Assembly: GCA_964402535.1 (NCBI GenBank)
Contig: CAYOCH010000003.1
Coordinates: 1,825-65,824 of the forward strand
Reading direction: 5' to 3'
Origin: an uncultured Candidatus Saccharibacteria bacterium
Lineage (GTDB): Bacteria > Patescibacteriota > Minisyncoccia > Phycocordibacterales > Phycocordibacteraceae
Length of the DNA: 64,000 nucleotides
Below, in pieces: positions 28,772 to 36,963 of this stretch; position 1 is the first letter of the stretch, and each line of letters begins with the position of its first letter. Under the pieces are notes generated by a model. The model saw nothing but the letters and a program-made list of their open reading frames with translations. It did not search any database and was not told where the DNA came from. The position numbers and the translations under genes were made by a program.

Positions 28772-29149
28772 ATGTTGCAGGATCGCTCCATCGTCACAGT
28801 TGCAGACAACACCGGCGGTCAGGTCGCCCGCATCTTCAAGGTGCTCGGCGGCTCTAAGCGCCGCTACGCCGGCATCGGCGACACGGTCGTCGTCTCGATC
28901 CAGACCGCGCAGCCGCGCAAGGCGGTGAAGAAGAAGGATATCTTCCGCGCGGTGGTCGTCCGCCAGGTGAAGCCCTTCGCCCGCAAGGACGGCAGCTATA
29001 TCCGCTTCGACGAGAACGCCGTCGTGCTGATCGAGAAGCAGGGCAAGGAGATGGGCCCCAAGGGCAACCGCATCTTCGGTCCGGTCCCGCGCGAGCTCTC
29101 GGAGCGCGGCTGGCACAACATCGTCGCATTGGCGCCGGAGGTCGTCTAA
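28772..29149 (+). CDS. rplN: 50S ribosomal protein L14
   Basis: VADNTG, FDENAVV and RIFGPV.REL motifs. Confidence 0.97.
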   Translation: MLQDRSIVTVADNTGGQVARIFKVLGGSKRRYAGIGDTVVVSIQTAQPRKAVKKKDIFRAVVVRQVKPFARKDGSYIRFDENAVVLIEKQGKEMGPKGNRIFGPVPRELSERGWHNIVALAPEVV

Positions 29150-29159
29150 CTATTTACGT

Positions 29160-29417
29160 ATGAAGGTCAAGAAAGGAGACAAGGTAAAGGTGATCACGGG
29201 CAAGGACAAGGGCAAGTCCGGCGTCGTGCTGCACGCCTACCCCAAGAAGAACGCGGTCGTCGTCGAGGGCGTCGCGCTCTACAAGCGCCACCTGAAGACG
29301 CGCACCGATCAATCCGGTCGCATCATCGAGCGTCCGCGCGCGATCGACGCGTCGAACGTCGCAGTCGTCGAGTCCGCTAAGTCCGCCAAAGGCGGATCCG
29401 CCTCCGGTGGAAAATAA
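29160..29417 (+). CDS. rplX: 50S ribosomal protein L24 (short, repeat-encoded C-terminus)
   Basis: KOW motif KKGDKVKVITGKDKGKSG; SNV. Confidence 0.95.
   Translation: MKVKKGDKVKVITGKDKGKSGVVLHAYPKKNAVVVEGVALYKRHLKTRTDQSGRIIERPRAIDASNVAVVESAKSAKGGSASGGK
29382..29411. repeat. in-frame double-hairpin element, copy in rplX
   Basis: TCCGCCAAAGGCGGA TCCGCCTCCGGTGGA (SAKGGSASGG). Confidence 0.8.
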
Positions 29418-29425
29418 TCATCTGT

Positions 29426-29977
29426 ATGTCGATCACCAAACAGCGCCAGCAGACCGCCTATCAGGCACTCTCACAGGACTTCGGGTACACGAGCCCGATG
29501 CAGGGTCCGCGCCTCTCGAAGGTCGTGGTCTCGACCGGCGTCGGCAAGAAGCGCGACAAGAAACAGATCGAGCTCATCTCTGATCGTCTCGCTAAGATCA
29601 CGGGGCAGAAGGCGGCGCCGCGCGCCGCGCGCCTCTCGATCGCATCCTTCAAGGTGCGCGAGGGCGACACGGTCGGTCTCCAGGTCACGCTCCGCGGCGC
29701 GCGGATGTACGACTTCCTCGACAAGCTGATCCATATCACGCTCCCGCGTACGCGCGACTTCCGCGGCCTCTCGGCTAAGGCGATCGACGACATGGGCAAC
29801 ATGACGATCGGCATCAAGGAGCACACCATCTTCCCGGAGACCGCAGATGAGGACTTGAAGGACGTGTTCGGGCTCGCCGTGACGATCGTCACGACGGCTA
29901 AGTCGAAGAGTGAGGCCGAGGCGTTCCTGCGCCACATCGGGCTCCCGCTTATCGTTGACGGAGGCGTAAAACGCTGA
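29426..29977 (+). CDS. rplE: 50S ribosomal protein L5
   Basis: ITGQK, VTLRG and LPRTRDFRG motifs. Confidence 0.97.
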   Translation: MSITKQRQQTAYQALSQDFGYTSPMQGPRLSKVVVSTGVGKKRDKKQIELISDRLAKITGQKAAPRAARLSIASFKVREGDTVGLQVTLRGARMYDFLDKLIHITLPRTRDFRGLSAKAIDDMGNMTIGIKEHTIFPETADEDLKDVFGLAVTIVTTAKSKSEAEAFLRHIGLPLIVDGGVKR

Positions 29978-30011
29978 TAATCTCAAGGTACGCTCCCCGG
30001 AGCATTTTTTT

Positions 30012-30281
30012 ATGGCTAAAACATCCCAGCTGGCGCGCCTCGCAAAGAAGGCGAAACTCGTCAAGAAGTACGCGGCAAAGCGTGCTGCCTTGAAGGCTGC
30101 CGGGGATTCAGAAGGCCTCCAGAAGCTCCCCCGCAACTCCTCGCCGGTCCGCTTGAAGAACCGCTGCGCTATCACCGGCCGCTCGCGCGGCTATATGCGC
30201 ACGTTCGGCCTCTCGCGCATCAAGTTCCGCGAGCTCGCACGCGAGGGCAAGATCCCGGGCGTTAAGAAAGCATCATGGTAA
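30012..30281 (+). CDS. rpsN: 30S ribosomal protein S14, 89-aa Zn-independent type
   Basis: [19 protein letters not shown] and IPGVKKASW motifs; only one Cys. Confidence 0.95.
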   Translation: MAKTSQLARLAKKAKLVKKYAAKRAALKAAGDSEGLQKLPRNSSPVRLKNRCAITGRSRGYMRTFGLSRIKFRELAREGKIPGVKKASW

Positions 30282-30691
30282 CTGACCGCGTCGGCGATTT
30301 CATCATCCGTCTCCAGAATGCCGCCCTTATCGGCAAGGCAGACGTCGTTGTCGCGCACTCGAGCCATCTCGAGGCGATCGCACGCAAGCTCCGTGAGCTC
30401 GGTTTCATCACCGTAGTCGAGGTCGTCGCGCCCGCCGCAGGCGGGTCCGCCTCCGGCGGAAAGCGGACGCTGGTTGCAAAACTTGCCTACGACGAGCGCG
30501 GCGTCGCCAAGCTCCGCGGCGTGAAGCGCATCTCGAAGCCGGGCCGCCGCCTCTATGTCGGCGCAGCCGACGCGCACACGGTGAAGGGCGGCACGGGCGC
30601 GCGCCTCATCTCGACCTCTGCTGGCGTGATTTCCGACAAGGAGGCGCGCAAGGAGGGCAAGGGCGGCGAGAATCTCTTCGAGATCTGGTAA
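30275..30691 (+). CDS. rpsH: 30S ribosomal protein S8
   Basis: [16 protein letters not shown] and GGE motifs. Confidence 0.96.
   Translation: MVTDRVGDFIIRLQNAALIGKADVVVAHSSHLEAIARKLRELGFITVVEVVAPAAGGSASGGKRTLVAKLAYDERGVAKLRGVKRISKPGRRLYVGAADAHTVKGGTGARLISTSAGVISDKEARKEGKGGENLFEIW
30431..30460. repeat. in-frame double-hairpin element, copy in rpsH
   Basis: CCCGCCGCAGGCGGG TCCGCCTCCGGCGGA ([10 protein letters not shown]). Confidence 0.8.
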
Positions 30692-30701
30692 CTGTTTACG
30701 T

Positions 30702-31232
30702 ATGTCCCGCCTCGCTAAGAAACCTATAGCAGTCGGAAAGGCCGAAGTCTCGGTCGCCGGAGGCGTGCTCACCGTGAAGGGCCCGAAGGGCACCCTCACG
30801 AAGCGCGTCCATCCGACCGTCTCGGTCACGGTCGAGAACGGCGGGGTCATGATCGCGCCGAAGGACAGCTCACGCCTCGCAAAGGCACTCACGGGCACCT
30901 TCGCCTCGCATGTGAAGAACATGATCACGGGCGTCGAGACGCCGTATGTGAAGAAGCTCGTCCTCGACGGCGTCGGCTACCGCATGGAGGTGAAAGGGAA
31001 GGAGGTCGTCCTCACGGTCGGCTTCTCGCACACGGTGCCGGTCGCGATCCCCGAGGACATCACCGCCAAGGTCGAGAAGAACGTGATGACGCTCGAGTCG
31101 ATCAACAAGGAGTCCGTCGGCCAGTTCGCCGCCGATATCCGTCGCATCAAGCCGCCGGAGCCGTACCTCGGCAAGGGCATCCATTATGAGGGCGAGGTGA
31201 TCCGCCGCAAGCAGGGCAAGAAGGCCGTCTAA
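30702..31232 (+). CDS. rplF: 50S ribosomal protein L6
   Basis: VKGPKG, GVGYR and PEPYLGKGI motifs. Confidence 0.97.
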   Translation: MSRLAKKPIAVGKAEVSVAGGVLTVKGPKGTLTKRVHPTVSVTVENGGVMIAPKDSSRLAKALTGTFASHVKNMITGVETPYVKKLVLDGVGYRMEVKGKEVVLTVGFSHTVPVAIPEDITAKVEKNVMTLESINKESVGQFAADIRRIKPPEPYLGKGIHYEGEVIRRKQGKKAV

Positions 31233-31236
31233 TACC

Positions 31237-31620
31237 ATGAACCGCAAACCCACGACCAAGAGCGAACTCCGCGACCGCCGCCACGAGCGCATCCGCGCTA
31301 TCGTGCAGGGCACTGCGGCGCGCCCGCGCCTCGCGGTCTACAAGAGCAACCGCTTCGTCTCGGCGCAGCTTATCGACGACGCAGCAAGGAAGACGCTCGC
31401 ATCCGTGCACGGCCGCGAGTTCTCCACCAAAGGCGGATCCGCCTCTGGCGGGAAGGGCCTGTCGCAGTCGGTGCAGGCGAGTTCGGTGGGTGAGGCTATC
31501 GCCACGAAGGCGAAGGGTCTCGGCGTCTCCTCGGTCGTGTTCGACCGCGGTGGCTACCGCTATGCCGGCCTCGTGAAGACGCTCGCGGATGCCGCGCGCG
31601 CTGCAGGACTCGCGTTTTAA
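31237..31620 (+). CDS. rplR: 50S ribosomal protein L18
   Basis: RPRLAV, AQLIDD and VVFDRGGY motifs. Confidence 0.96.
   Translation: MNRKPTTKSELRDRRHERIRAIVQGTAARPRLAVYKSNRFVSAQLIDDAARKTLASVHGREFSTKGGSASGGKGLSQSVQASSVGEAIATKAKGLGVSSVVFDRGGYRYAGLVKTLADAARAAGLAF
31423..31452. repeat. in-frame double-hairpin element, copy in rplR
   Basis: TCCACCAAAGGCGGA TCCGCCTCTGGCGGG (STKGGSASGG). Confidence 0.8.
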
Positions 31621-31624
31621 TGCT

Positions 31625-32209
31625 ATGACTACGATGATGGAACAGGACAAGGCAGTAGGGAACGCACCGGATACGGCAGCAGCGCCCTCCGGCGAGATGC
31701 GCGAGCGCGCAGGGCGTGGCTCGCTCCGCGGCCGTGCGCCGCGCGGCGGCGGCCGTGCACGCCCTGCGCGCGAGCGCGGCGAGTTCGATCAGGTGACGAT
31801 CGATGCGCGCCGCGTGGCTCGCGTCATGGCCGGCGGCCGTCGCTTCAACTTCTCGCTCGTCGTCGTGATCGGCGACCATAAGGGTCGCGTCGGCGTCGGT
31901 CTCGGCAAGGGCGTCGACACGGCGCTCGCGATCGACAAGGCGACCCGAGACGCCAAGAAGAACCTCATCACCGTCCCGCGCACCTCTTCGGGCTCGATCC
32001 CGCACCAGGTCTCCAAGAAGTACGCCTCCTCGATCATCGAGATCATGCCGTCGAAGGGCCGCGGTCTCGTCGCCGGCTCGGCGATGCGCACCGTGCTCGA
32101 TCTCGCCGGCGTGACCGACGTAGTGACCAAGATCCACTCGCGCTCTAAGAACAAGCTCACGATCGCGCGCGCGACGATCGGCGCCCTGAAGAAGCTCCGC
32201 ACGGCCTAA
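31625..32209 (+). CDS. rpsE: 30S ribosomal protein S5 with Arg/Gly-rich N-extension
   Basis: RRVARVMAGGRRF, GRVGVGLGK and LAGVTD motifs; exact start uncertain. Confidence 0.95.
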   Translation: MTTMMEQDKAVGNAPDTAAAPSGEMRERAGRGSLRGRAPRGGGRARPARERGEFDQVTIDARRVARVMAGGRRFNFSLVVVIGDHKGRVGVGLGKGVDTALAIDKATRDAKKNLITVPRTSSGSIPHQVSKKYASSIIEIMPSKGRGLVAGSAMRTVLDLAGVTDVVTKIHSRSKNKLTIARATIGALKKLRTA

Positions 32210-32219
32210 CCGCTTTACC

Positions 32220-32699
32220 ATGCAGCTCAACACGATCTCTCCTCGCACGAAGAACACCAAGCGCCCGGCTGTCGGACGCGGCGGCAAGCGCGGCAAGACC
32301 TCGGGCCGTGGCGGCAAGGGCCAGACGGCGCGCGCCGGCCACAAGATCCGCCCGGCCGTCCGTGACCTGATCTGGAAGCTCCCGAAACGCCGCGGCCACG
32401 GCAAGAACCGCTCGCGCACCGTCCGCACGAACCGCATCGCGGCCTCGGTCGTGAACCTCGCAGCGCTCGAGGCAGCCTATAACGCAGGTGAGACGGTCAC
32501 GCCGGCGTCGCTTCTCGCTAAGGGGCTCGTCCGTCGCGCTAAGGGCCGCGCGCCTGAGGTGAAGATCCTCGGCACCGGCACCATCTCTAAGGCACTCATC
32601 GTGAAGGGTTGTGCAGTCTCTGAAAACGCGGCAAAGGCGATACTAGCGGCAGGCGGTTCATCCAGCACTGACATTAGAGCTGGACAAGGCCATGCTTAA
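32220..32699 (+). CDS. rplO: 50S ribosomal protein L15
   Basis: GRGGKRGKTSGRGGKGQ.AR, LPKRRG and KILGTG motifs. Confidence 0.96.
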   Translation: MQLNTISPRTKNTKRPAVGRGGKRGKTSGRGGKGQTARAGHKIRPAVRDLIWKLPKRRGHGKNRSRTVRTNRIAASVVNLAALEAAYNAGETVTPASLLAKGLVRRAKGRAPEVKILGTGTISKALIVKGCAVSENAAKAILAAGGSSSTDIRAGQGHA

Positions 32700-33966
32700 T
32701 TCTTTCGTACACAAGCTCAAGCTCGCATTCGGCGATTCCGAGATCCGCTTCCGCATCCTCTTCTTGATCGGCGCCTTGGCGCTCTTCCGCCTCCTGGCGT
32801 CGATCCCGGTCCCGGGCGTCGACAAGAACGCGCTCGCCGCGTTCTTCGCGAACAACCAGTTCTTCGGTCTCTTGAATATCTTCTCGGGCGGCGGGCTCTC
32901 GCGCCTCTCGATCGTGATGCTCGGCGTCGGCCCCTACATCACCGCCTCGATCATCATGCAGCTCGGAACGATCATCTTCCCGCAGGTGAAGCAGGCCTAC
33001 TTTGAAGAGGGTGAGGCCGGCCGCGCCAAGTTCATCGGCTGGAGCCGCCTTCTCACGATCCCTATCGCGATCCTGCAGGGCATCGGCTTTCTCTTCCTCC
33101 TCGAGAGCCAGGGCGTGATCGCGCAGCTCTCGACCCTCGCACTTGTCGCGAACATCGCGGTCATCGCCGCCGGTTCGATGCTCCTCATGTGGCTCGGTGA
33201 GCTCGTGACCGAGTTCGGTATCGGCAACGGCGTCTCGCTTATCATCCTCGCGGGCATCCTCGCGCGCGTGCCGACCTCGATCTCTGAGACCCTCTTCGCA
33301 GCGACCGCGGCGAACATTCCTGCCTTCGTTGGATTCGCCGCGCTCTCACTCGCGATGATCTATGCGGTCGTGGTCGTCTCTGACGCAGAGCGCTCGATTC
33401 CGATCGCGTACGCACGCGCTGTCCGCGGCGCCGCGCTCTCGCAGGGCGCAGCCACCTATCTCCCGATCCGCCTCCTCCAGGCCGGCGTGATCCCAATCAT
33501 CTTCGCGCTCTCGCTCCTCCTCTTGCCGCAGATGGCGCTCTCGGCGCTCGGCGCGTTCAAGATCTCGTTCGCCTCTTCGGCGGCGCTCTGGTACAGCACG
33601 TTCCTCGCTGACCCGTGGAAGTACGGCGCGGTCTACTTCGTCCTCGTCGTCCTCTTTACCTACTTCTACACGGCCGTCACCTTCGAGCCGCACCGCGTCG
33701 CAGAGAACCTGCAGAAGACCGGCGCCTTCGTCCCCGGTGTGCGACCGGGCCGCGAGACTGAGGAGTATATCGGCAAGGTCGTTACGCGCATCACCTTCCC
33801 GGGTGCGTGCTTCCTCGGTCTCCTCGCGGTCGCGCCGTCGGTGATCCAGGGGCTCACGGGCGTCACGACGCTCGTGCTTGGCGGTACGGCGCTCCTCATC
33901 GCCGTCCAGGTGGCTCTCGACCTTGCGCAGAAGATCAACGCTCAGGTCTCGCTCCGCGAATACTAA
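32692..33966 (+). CDS. secY: preprotein translocase SecY
   Basis: LGVGPYITASII, GIGNGVSL, PGVRPG and GGTALLI motifs. Confidence 0.97.
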   Translation: MLNSFVHKLKLAFGDSEIRFRILFLIGALALFRLLASIPVPGVDKNALAAFFANNQFFGLLNIFSGGGLSRLSIVMLGVGPYITASIIMQLGTIIFPQVKQAYFEEGEAGRAKFIGWSRLLTIPIAILQGIGFLFLLESQGVIAQLSTLALVANIAVIAAGSMLLMWLGELVTEFGIGNGVSLIILAGILARVPTSISETLFAATAANIPAFVGFAALSLAMIYAVVVVSDAERSIPIAYARAVRGAALSQGAATYLPIRLLQAGVIPIIFALSLLLLPQMALSALGAFKISFASSAALWYSTFLADPWKYGAVYFVLVVLFTYFYTAVTFEPHRVAENLQKTGAFVPGVRPGRETEEYIGKVVTRITFPGACFLGLLAVAPSVIQGLTGVTTLVLGGTALLIAVQVALDLAQKINAQVSLREY

Positions 33967-33978
33967 AGGCAGAAGGGG

Positions 33979-34010
33979 ACAGCGCCGGCTCGCGCCGGCG
34001 CTGTTTACTT
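33979..34010 (+). terminator. terminator after secY
   Basis: ACAGCGCCGGC-TCGC-GCCGGCGCTGT plus T-rich tail. Confidence 0.75.
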
Positions 34011-34091
34011 TTATAGAATATATGGTATCATAGTCACAGACTTACGGCATGCGCATGGGGCGCACGTTACGGGTCTTTCAAGGAGATAGTC

Positions 34092-34754
34092 ATGCAACGT
34101 AAGAGAATCGATCCGATTGCCCAATTGCTCGGGACATACTTCAACGCAGCACAGGTGATGAGCGAGGCGGTTTCGGCTTGTGGTGGCAACATGGCGCAAG
34201 CCATTATGCTCATCGGCAGGGAGCCGCGCGTGCACAAGACCGAAATCGATGACATTGCAGCAATTCTCGCGAGAATGTCGCCGCAACAACAAATCTTCAC
34301 GATCCAGCGCGGCATGGGCTGGACCAATCCGGAATTGCTCCTCAACTCGAGTCTCGAGGAGGTGCCCGACGAGGTTGTCGACTATATCAGGTCCGAAGAC
34401 TTCGTCGTGTCATTACCCGAGGAGTCCGCAGATATCGTGCTCCTGGATTTCGGGCGCCATGTCCATACTCGCGCGGTGCTCGACGCATGCAAAGGTCACC
34501 TGTATGAGTGGCCATGGGCAGAAGATGCACTCCATTTCGCGCGGACGTACCCTGCGGAGCTGCAGCGCGGCAGGATCATCTTCCTCCACCGCGCGTGGCG
34601 CATGAATAATGATAACCACGTGCTCGCGCTCGACATGCACGACGGCAAGCGCCGGCTACGTTTCGTCCAGCTCGAGGAACGGGCCTGGGGTGAGAACGAT
34701 CGCTTCGCGGTCATCAAGCCGCGACACTACGAAACGCGCACTGCACAAGACTAA
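34092..34754 (+). CDS. hypothetical protein inserted between secY and adk
   Basis: 220-aa ORF, TGGTATCAT -10, SD AAGGAG, terminator at 34770-34802. Confidence 0.7.
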   Translation: MQRKRIDPIAQLLGTYFNAAQVMSEAVSACGGNMAQAIMLIGREPRVHKTEIDDIAAILARMSPQQQIFTIQRGMGWTNPELLLNSSLEEVPDEVVDYIRSEDFVVSLPEESADIVLLDFGRHVHTRAVLDACKGHLYEWPWAEDALHFARTYPAELQRGRIIFLHRAWRMNNDNHVLALDMHDGKRRLRFVQLEERAWGENDRFAVIKPRHYETRTAQD

Positions 34755-34828
34755 ATGCACGTTCGCTTCACGCCGCCTCTTCGGAGGCGGCGTTTTGTTT
34801 TTATCGCTCCGCTTGCTAGAGTGAGCCG

Positions 34829-35398
34829 ATGGATAAACCAATCGTATTTTTCATAGGCAAGCCCGGGAGCGGGAAGGGGACCCAAGCCGAGCTCCTCGCC
34901 AAGGCGACAGGCTGGCCGGTCTTCGGCACGAGCGGCGGGCTGCGCGAGATCGTCGCGACCGGCACCTCTGCCGGGCACAAGCTCAAGCAGGAGATGGACA
35001 GCGGCGGCCTCACGCCCTACTGGGTCGCCTCCTACGTCTACCTGAAGGCGATATTCGGCGTCGGCGACGACAGCACGATCATCTTCGACGGCACGAGCCG
35101 CACGGTCGCCGAGACCAAGATCGTGGCCGACTCCTTGAAGTGGCTGGGCCGCCCGTACCGCATCTTCCATCTCACCGTGCCCGACGAGGAGGTGCACAAG
35201 CGCATCGCGCTGCGCAAAGAGACCGGCGGCCGCGCCGACGACCACCCAGAGGCGGTTGCGCGTCGGCTTGAGGCCTACTACGCCGATACCGACGGATCCA
35301 TCAATCTTCTCCGCGACGAAGGGATGCTGACCGACATCGACGGTCACCGCCCGCCCGAGGTAATCGCGGCAGAGGTGCGGCAGATCCTCAATATCTGA
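34829..35398 (+). CDS. adk: adenylate kinase family (short LID)
   Basis: GKPGSGKGTQA, DG..R and RADD motifs. Confidence 0.9.
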   Translation: MDKPIVFFIGKPGSGKGTQAELLAKATGWPVFGTSGGLREIVATGTSAGHKLKQEMDSGGLTPYWVASYVYLKAIFGVGDDSTIIFDGTSRTVAETKIVADSLKWLGRPYRIFHLTVPDEEVHKRIALRKETGGRADDHPEAVARRLEAYYADTDGSINLLRDEGMLTDIDGHRPPEVIAAEVRQILNI

Positions 35399-36162
35399 TG
35401 ACAATCACGAGCGACAGGCAGCGAGAGAGCCTCATCGAAGCGGGCAAGCGCCTTGCCGCTGTGCTGCGCGCGCTCGAGGCTGCGGTCGCGCCTGGCGTGA
35501 CTGCTGAAGAGCTCGACGACCTGGCCGAGCGGCTCATACGCGATGGCGGTGATGAGCCGTGCTTCCTCGGCTACACGCCAGAGGGAGCCAATCGGCCGTA
35601 TCCGGCGACCTTGTGCGTCTCAGTGAACGACGAGATCGTGCACGGCATCCCGAACGAGTCGGTGAAGACCTTGAAAGAGGGCGACATCGTCGGACTCGAC
35701 CTCGGCCTTAAGCACGATGGCGTGATCGTCGACGCAGCGATCACGGTGCCGGTGGGGAACGTGAGCGAGGAGACGAAGCGGCTCCTCTACGCGACCGAGA
35801 ATGCGCTCGCCGCGGGCATTGCCGCCACCGCGCCCGGCAAGCATGTGGGTGATATCGGTGCTGCGATCCAGAAGGAGATCGAGGCCGCCGGATTCAAGGT
35901 GGTGAAGGAGCTCGGCGGCCACGGCGTGGGCGAGTTCGTGCACGAGGAGCCGTTCATTCCCAACTACGGCAAGGCGGGCGAGGGCGAACTTCTCGTCGAG
36001 GGCATGGTGCTCGCGCTCGAGCCGATCTCTGCTGCCGGCAAGGCGTCAGTCATCCTCGCTCCCGACGGCTACACCTTCCGCACCAAGGACGGCTCACGCT
36101 CGGCACACTTCGAGCACACCATCTTGCTCGAGAAGTCGGGTGCGCGTATCATTACCGCATAG
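35398..36162 (+). CDS. map: methionine aminopeptidase type I
   Basis: SVNDEIVHGIP, GHGVG, HEEP and SAHFEHT motifs. Confidence 0.96.
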   Translation: MTITSDRQRESLIEAGKRLAAVLRALEAAVAPGVTAEELDDLAERLIRDGGDEPCFLGYTPEGANRPYPATLCVSVNDEIVHGIPNESVKTLKEGDIVGLDLGLKHDGVIVDAAITVPVGNVSEETKRLLYATENALAAGIAATAPGKHVGDIGAAIQKEIEAAGFKVVKELGGHGVGEFVHEEPFIPNYGKAGEGELLVEGMVLALEPISAAGKASVILAPDGYTFRTKDGSRSAHFEHTILLEKSGARIITA

Positions 36163-36189
36163 CCGCACCGGCTCTTATTTTTTATATCC

Positions 36190-36666
36190 ATGGCACACGC
36201 AAAAGAAGAGAAGACGCTTATCATCCTCAAGCCGGACGCGGTGCACCGCGGTCTCGTAGGCGAGGTCGTGAGCCGCTTCGAGCGCAAGGGCCTCAAGATC
36301 GTCGGCATGAAGATGATCCAGCTCGGCGACGCGCTCATCGACGCGCACTACGCGCATATCAAGGACAAGCCGTTCTTCGGCGGGATTAAGGATTTTATGA
36401 AGCGCGCGCCGGTCATCGTGATGGTGCTCTCGGGTATCGGTGCCGTCGCAGCGACGCGCATCATCGTCGGCCCGACGAAGGGCTACGAGGCGGCCGCCGG
36501 TACGATCCGCGGCGACCTCTCGCTCTCGACCCAGTCGAACATCGTGCACGCCTCTGACAGCGTCGAAACAGCGCAGGTCGAGGTGGCGCGCTTCTTTGCT
36601 GACAGCGAGCTCCTGGACTACGAGCGGAACGATTTCGGTTTCATCTACGCGGACGAGGTAGCATAA
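36190..36666 (+). CDS. ndk: nucleoside diphosphate kinase
   Basis: ILKPDA, GTIRGD and NIVHASDS motifs. Confidence 0.96.
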   Translation: MAHAKEEKTLIILKPDAVHRGLVGEVVSRFERKGLKIVGMKMIQLGDALIDAHYAHIKDKPFFGGIKDFMKRAPVIVMVLSGIGAVAATRIIVGPTKGYEAAAGTIRGDLSLSTQSNIVHASDSVETAQVEVARFFADSELLDYERNDFGFIYADEVA

Positions 36667-36668
36667 GC

Positions 36669-36696
36669 AAAAACCCCGCAAAGATGCGGGGTTTTT
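36669..36696 (+). terminator. terminator after ndk
   Basis: AAAAACCCCGCA-AAGA-TGCGGGGTTTTT. Confidence 0.8.
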
Positions 36697-36740
36697 CGTT
36701 GTCCACATGGTTTCTTCACTAGCGGTCGGTATACTCGCTA

Positions 36741-36885
36741 TAGGGTCGTTCCTTTTCAAGCAACTTGCCTAACGAACGGGAAGCTCGACATTGAGGCAGC
36801 CTTGGTGAATTCCGAAGAGGAGATCCGATAGATGCCGTTGCGGCGCCCACCTGGCAAGATAAAGTTGCATTTGGGAACGACTCTA
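36741..36885 (+). ncRNA. candidate structured ncRNA (6S-RNA-like rod)
   Basis: -10 TATACT at 36730; ends pair (TAGGGTCGTTCC/GGAACGACTCTA; GCAACTT/AAGTTGC); strong terminator follows; no credible ORF. Confidence 0.6.
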
Positions 36886-36920
36886 CGAAAACGCCTCTCC
36901 TTCGGGAGAGGCGTTTTCGT
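36885..36920. terminator. perfect 16-bp hairpin terminator
   Basis: ACGAAAACGCCTCTCC-TTCG-GGAGAGGCGTTTTCGT. Confidence 0.85.
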
Positions 36921-36922
36921 AC

Positions 36923-36940
36923 CCCGAGCGCAGTCGAGGG
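36923..36940. repeat. REP-like 18-bp element, copy 2
   Basis: CCCGAGCGCAGTCGAGGG, identical to 21832-21849. Confidence 0.65.
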
Positions 36941-36963
36941 GTTGTGCATGCTAGAGTTTGCCT

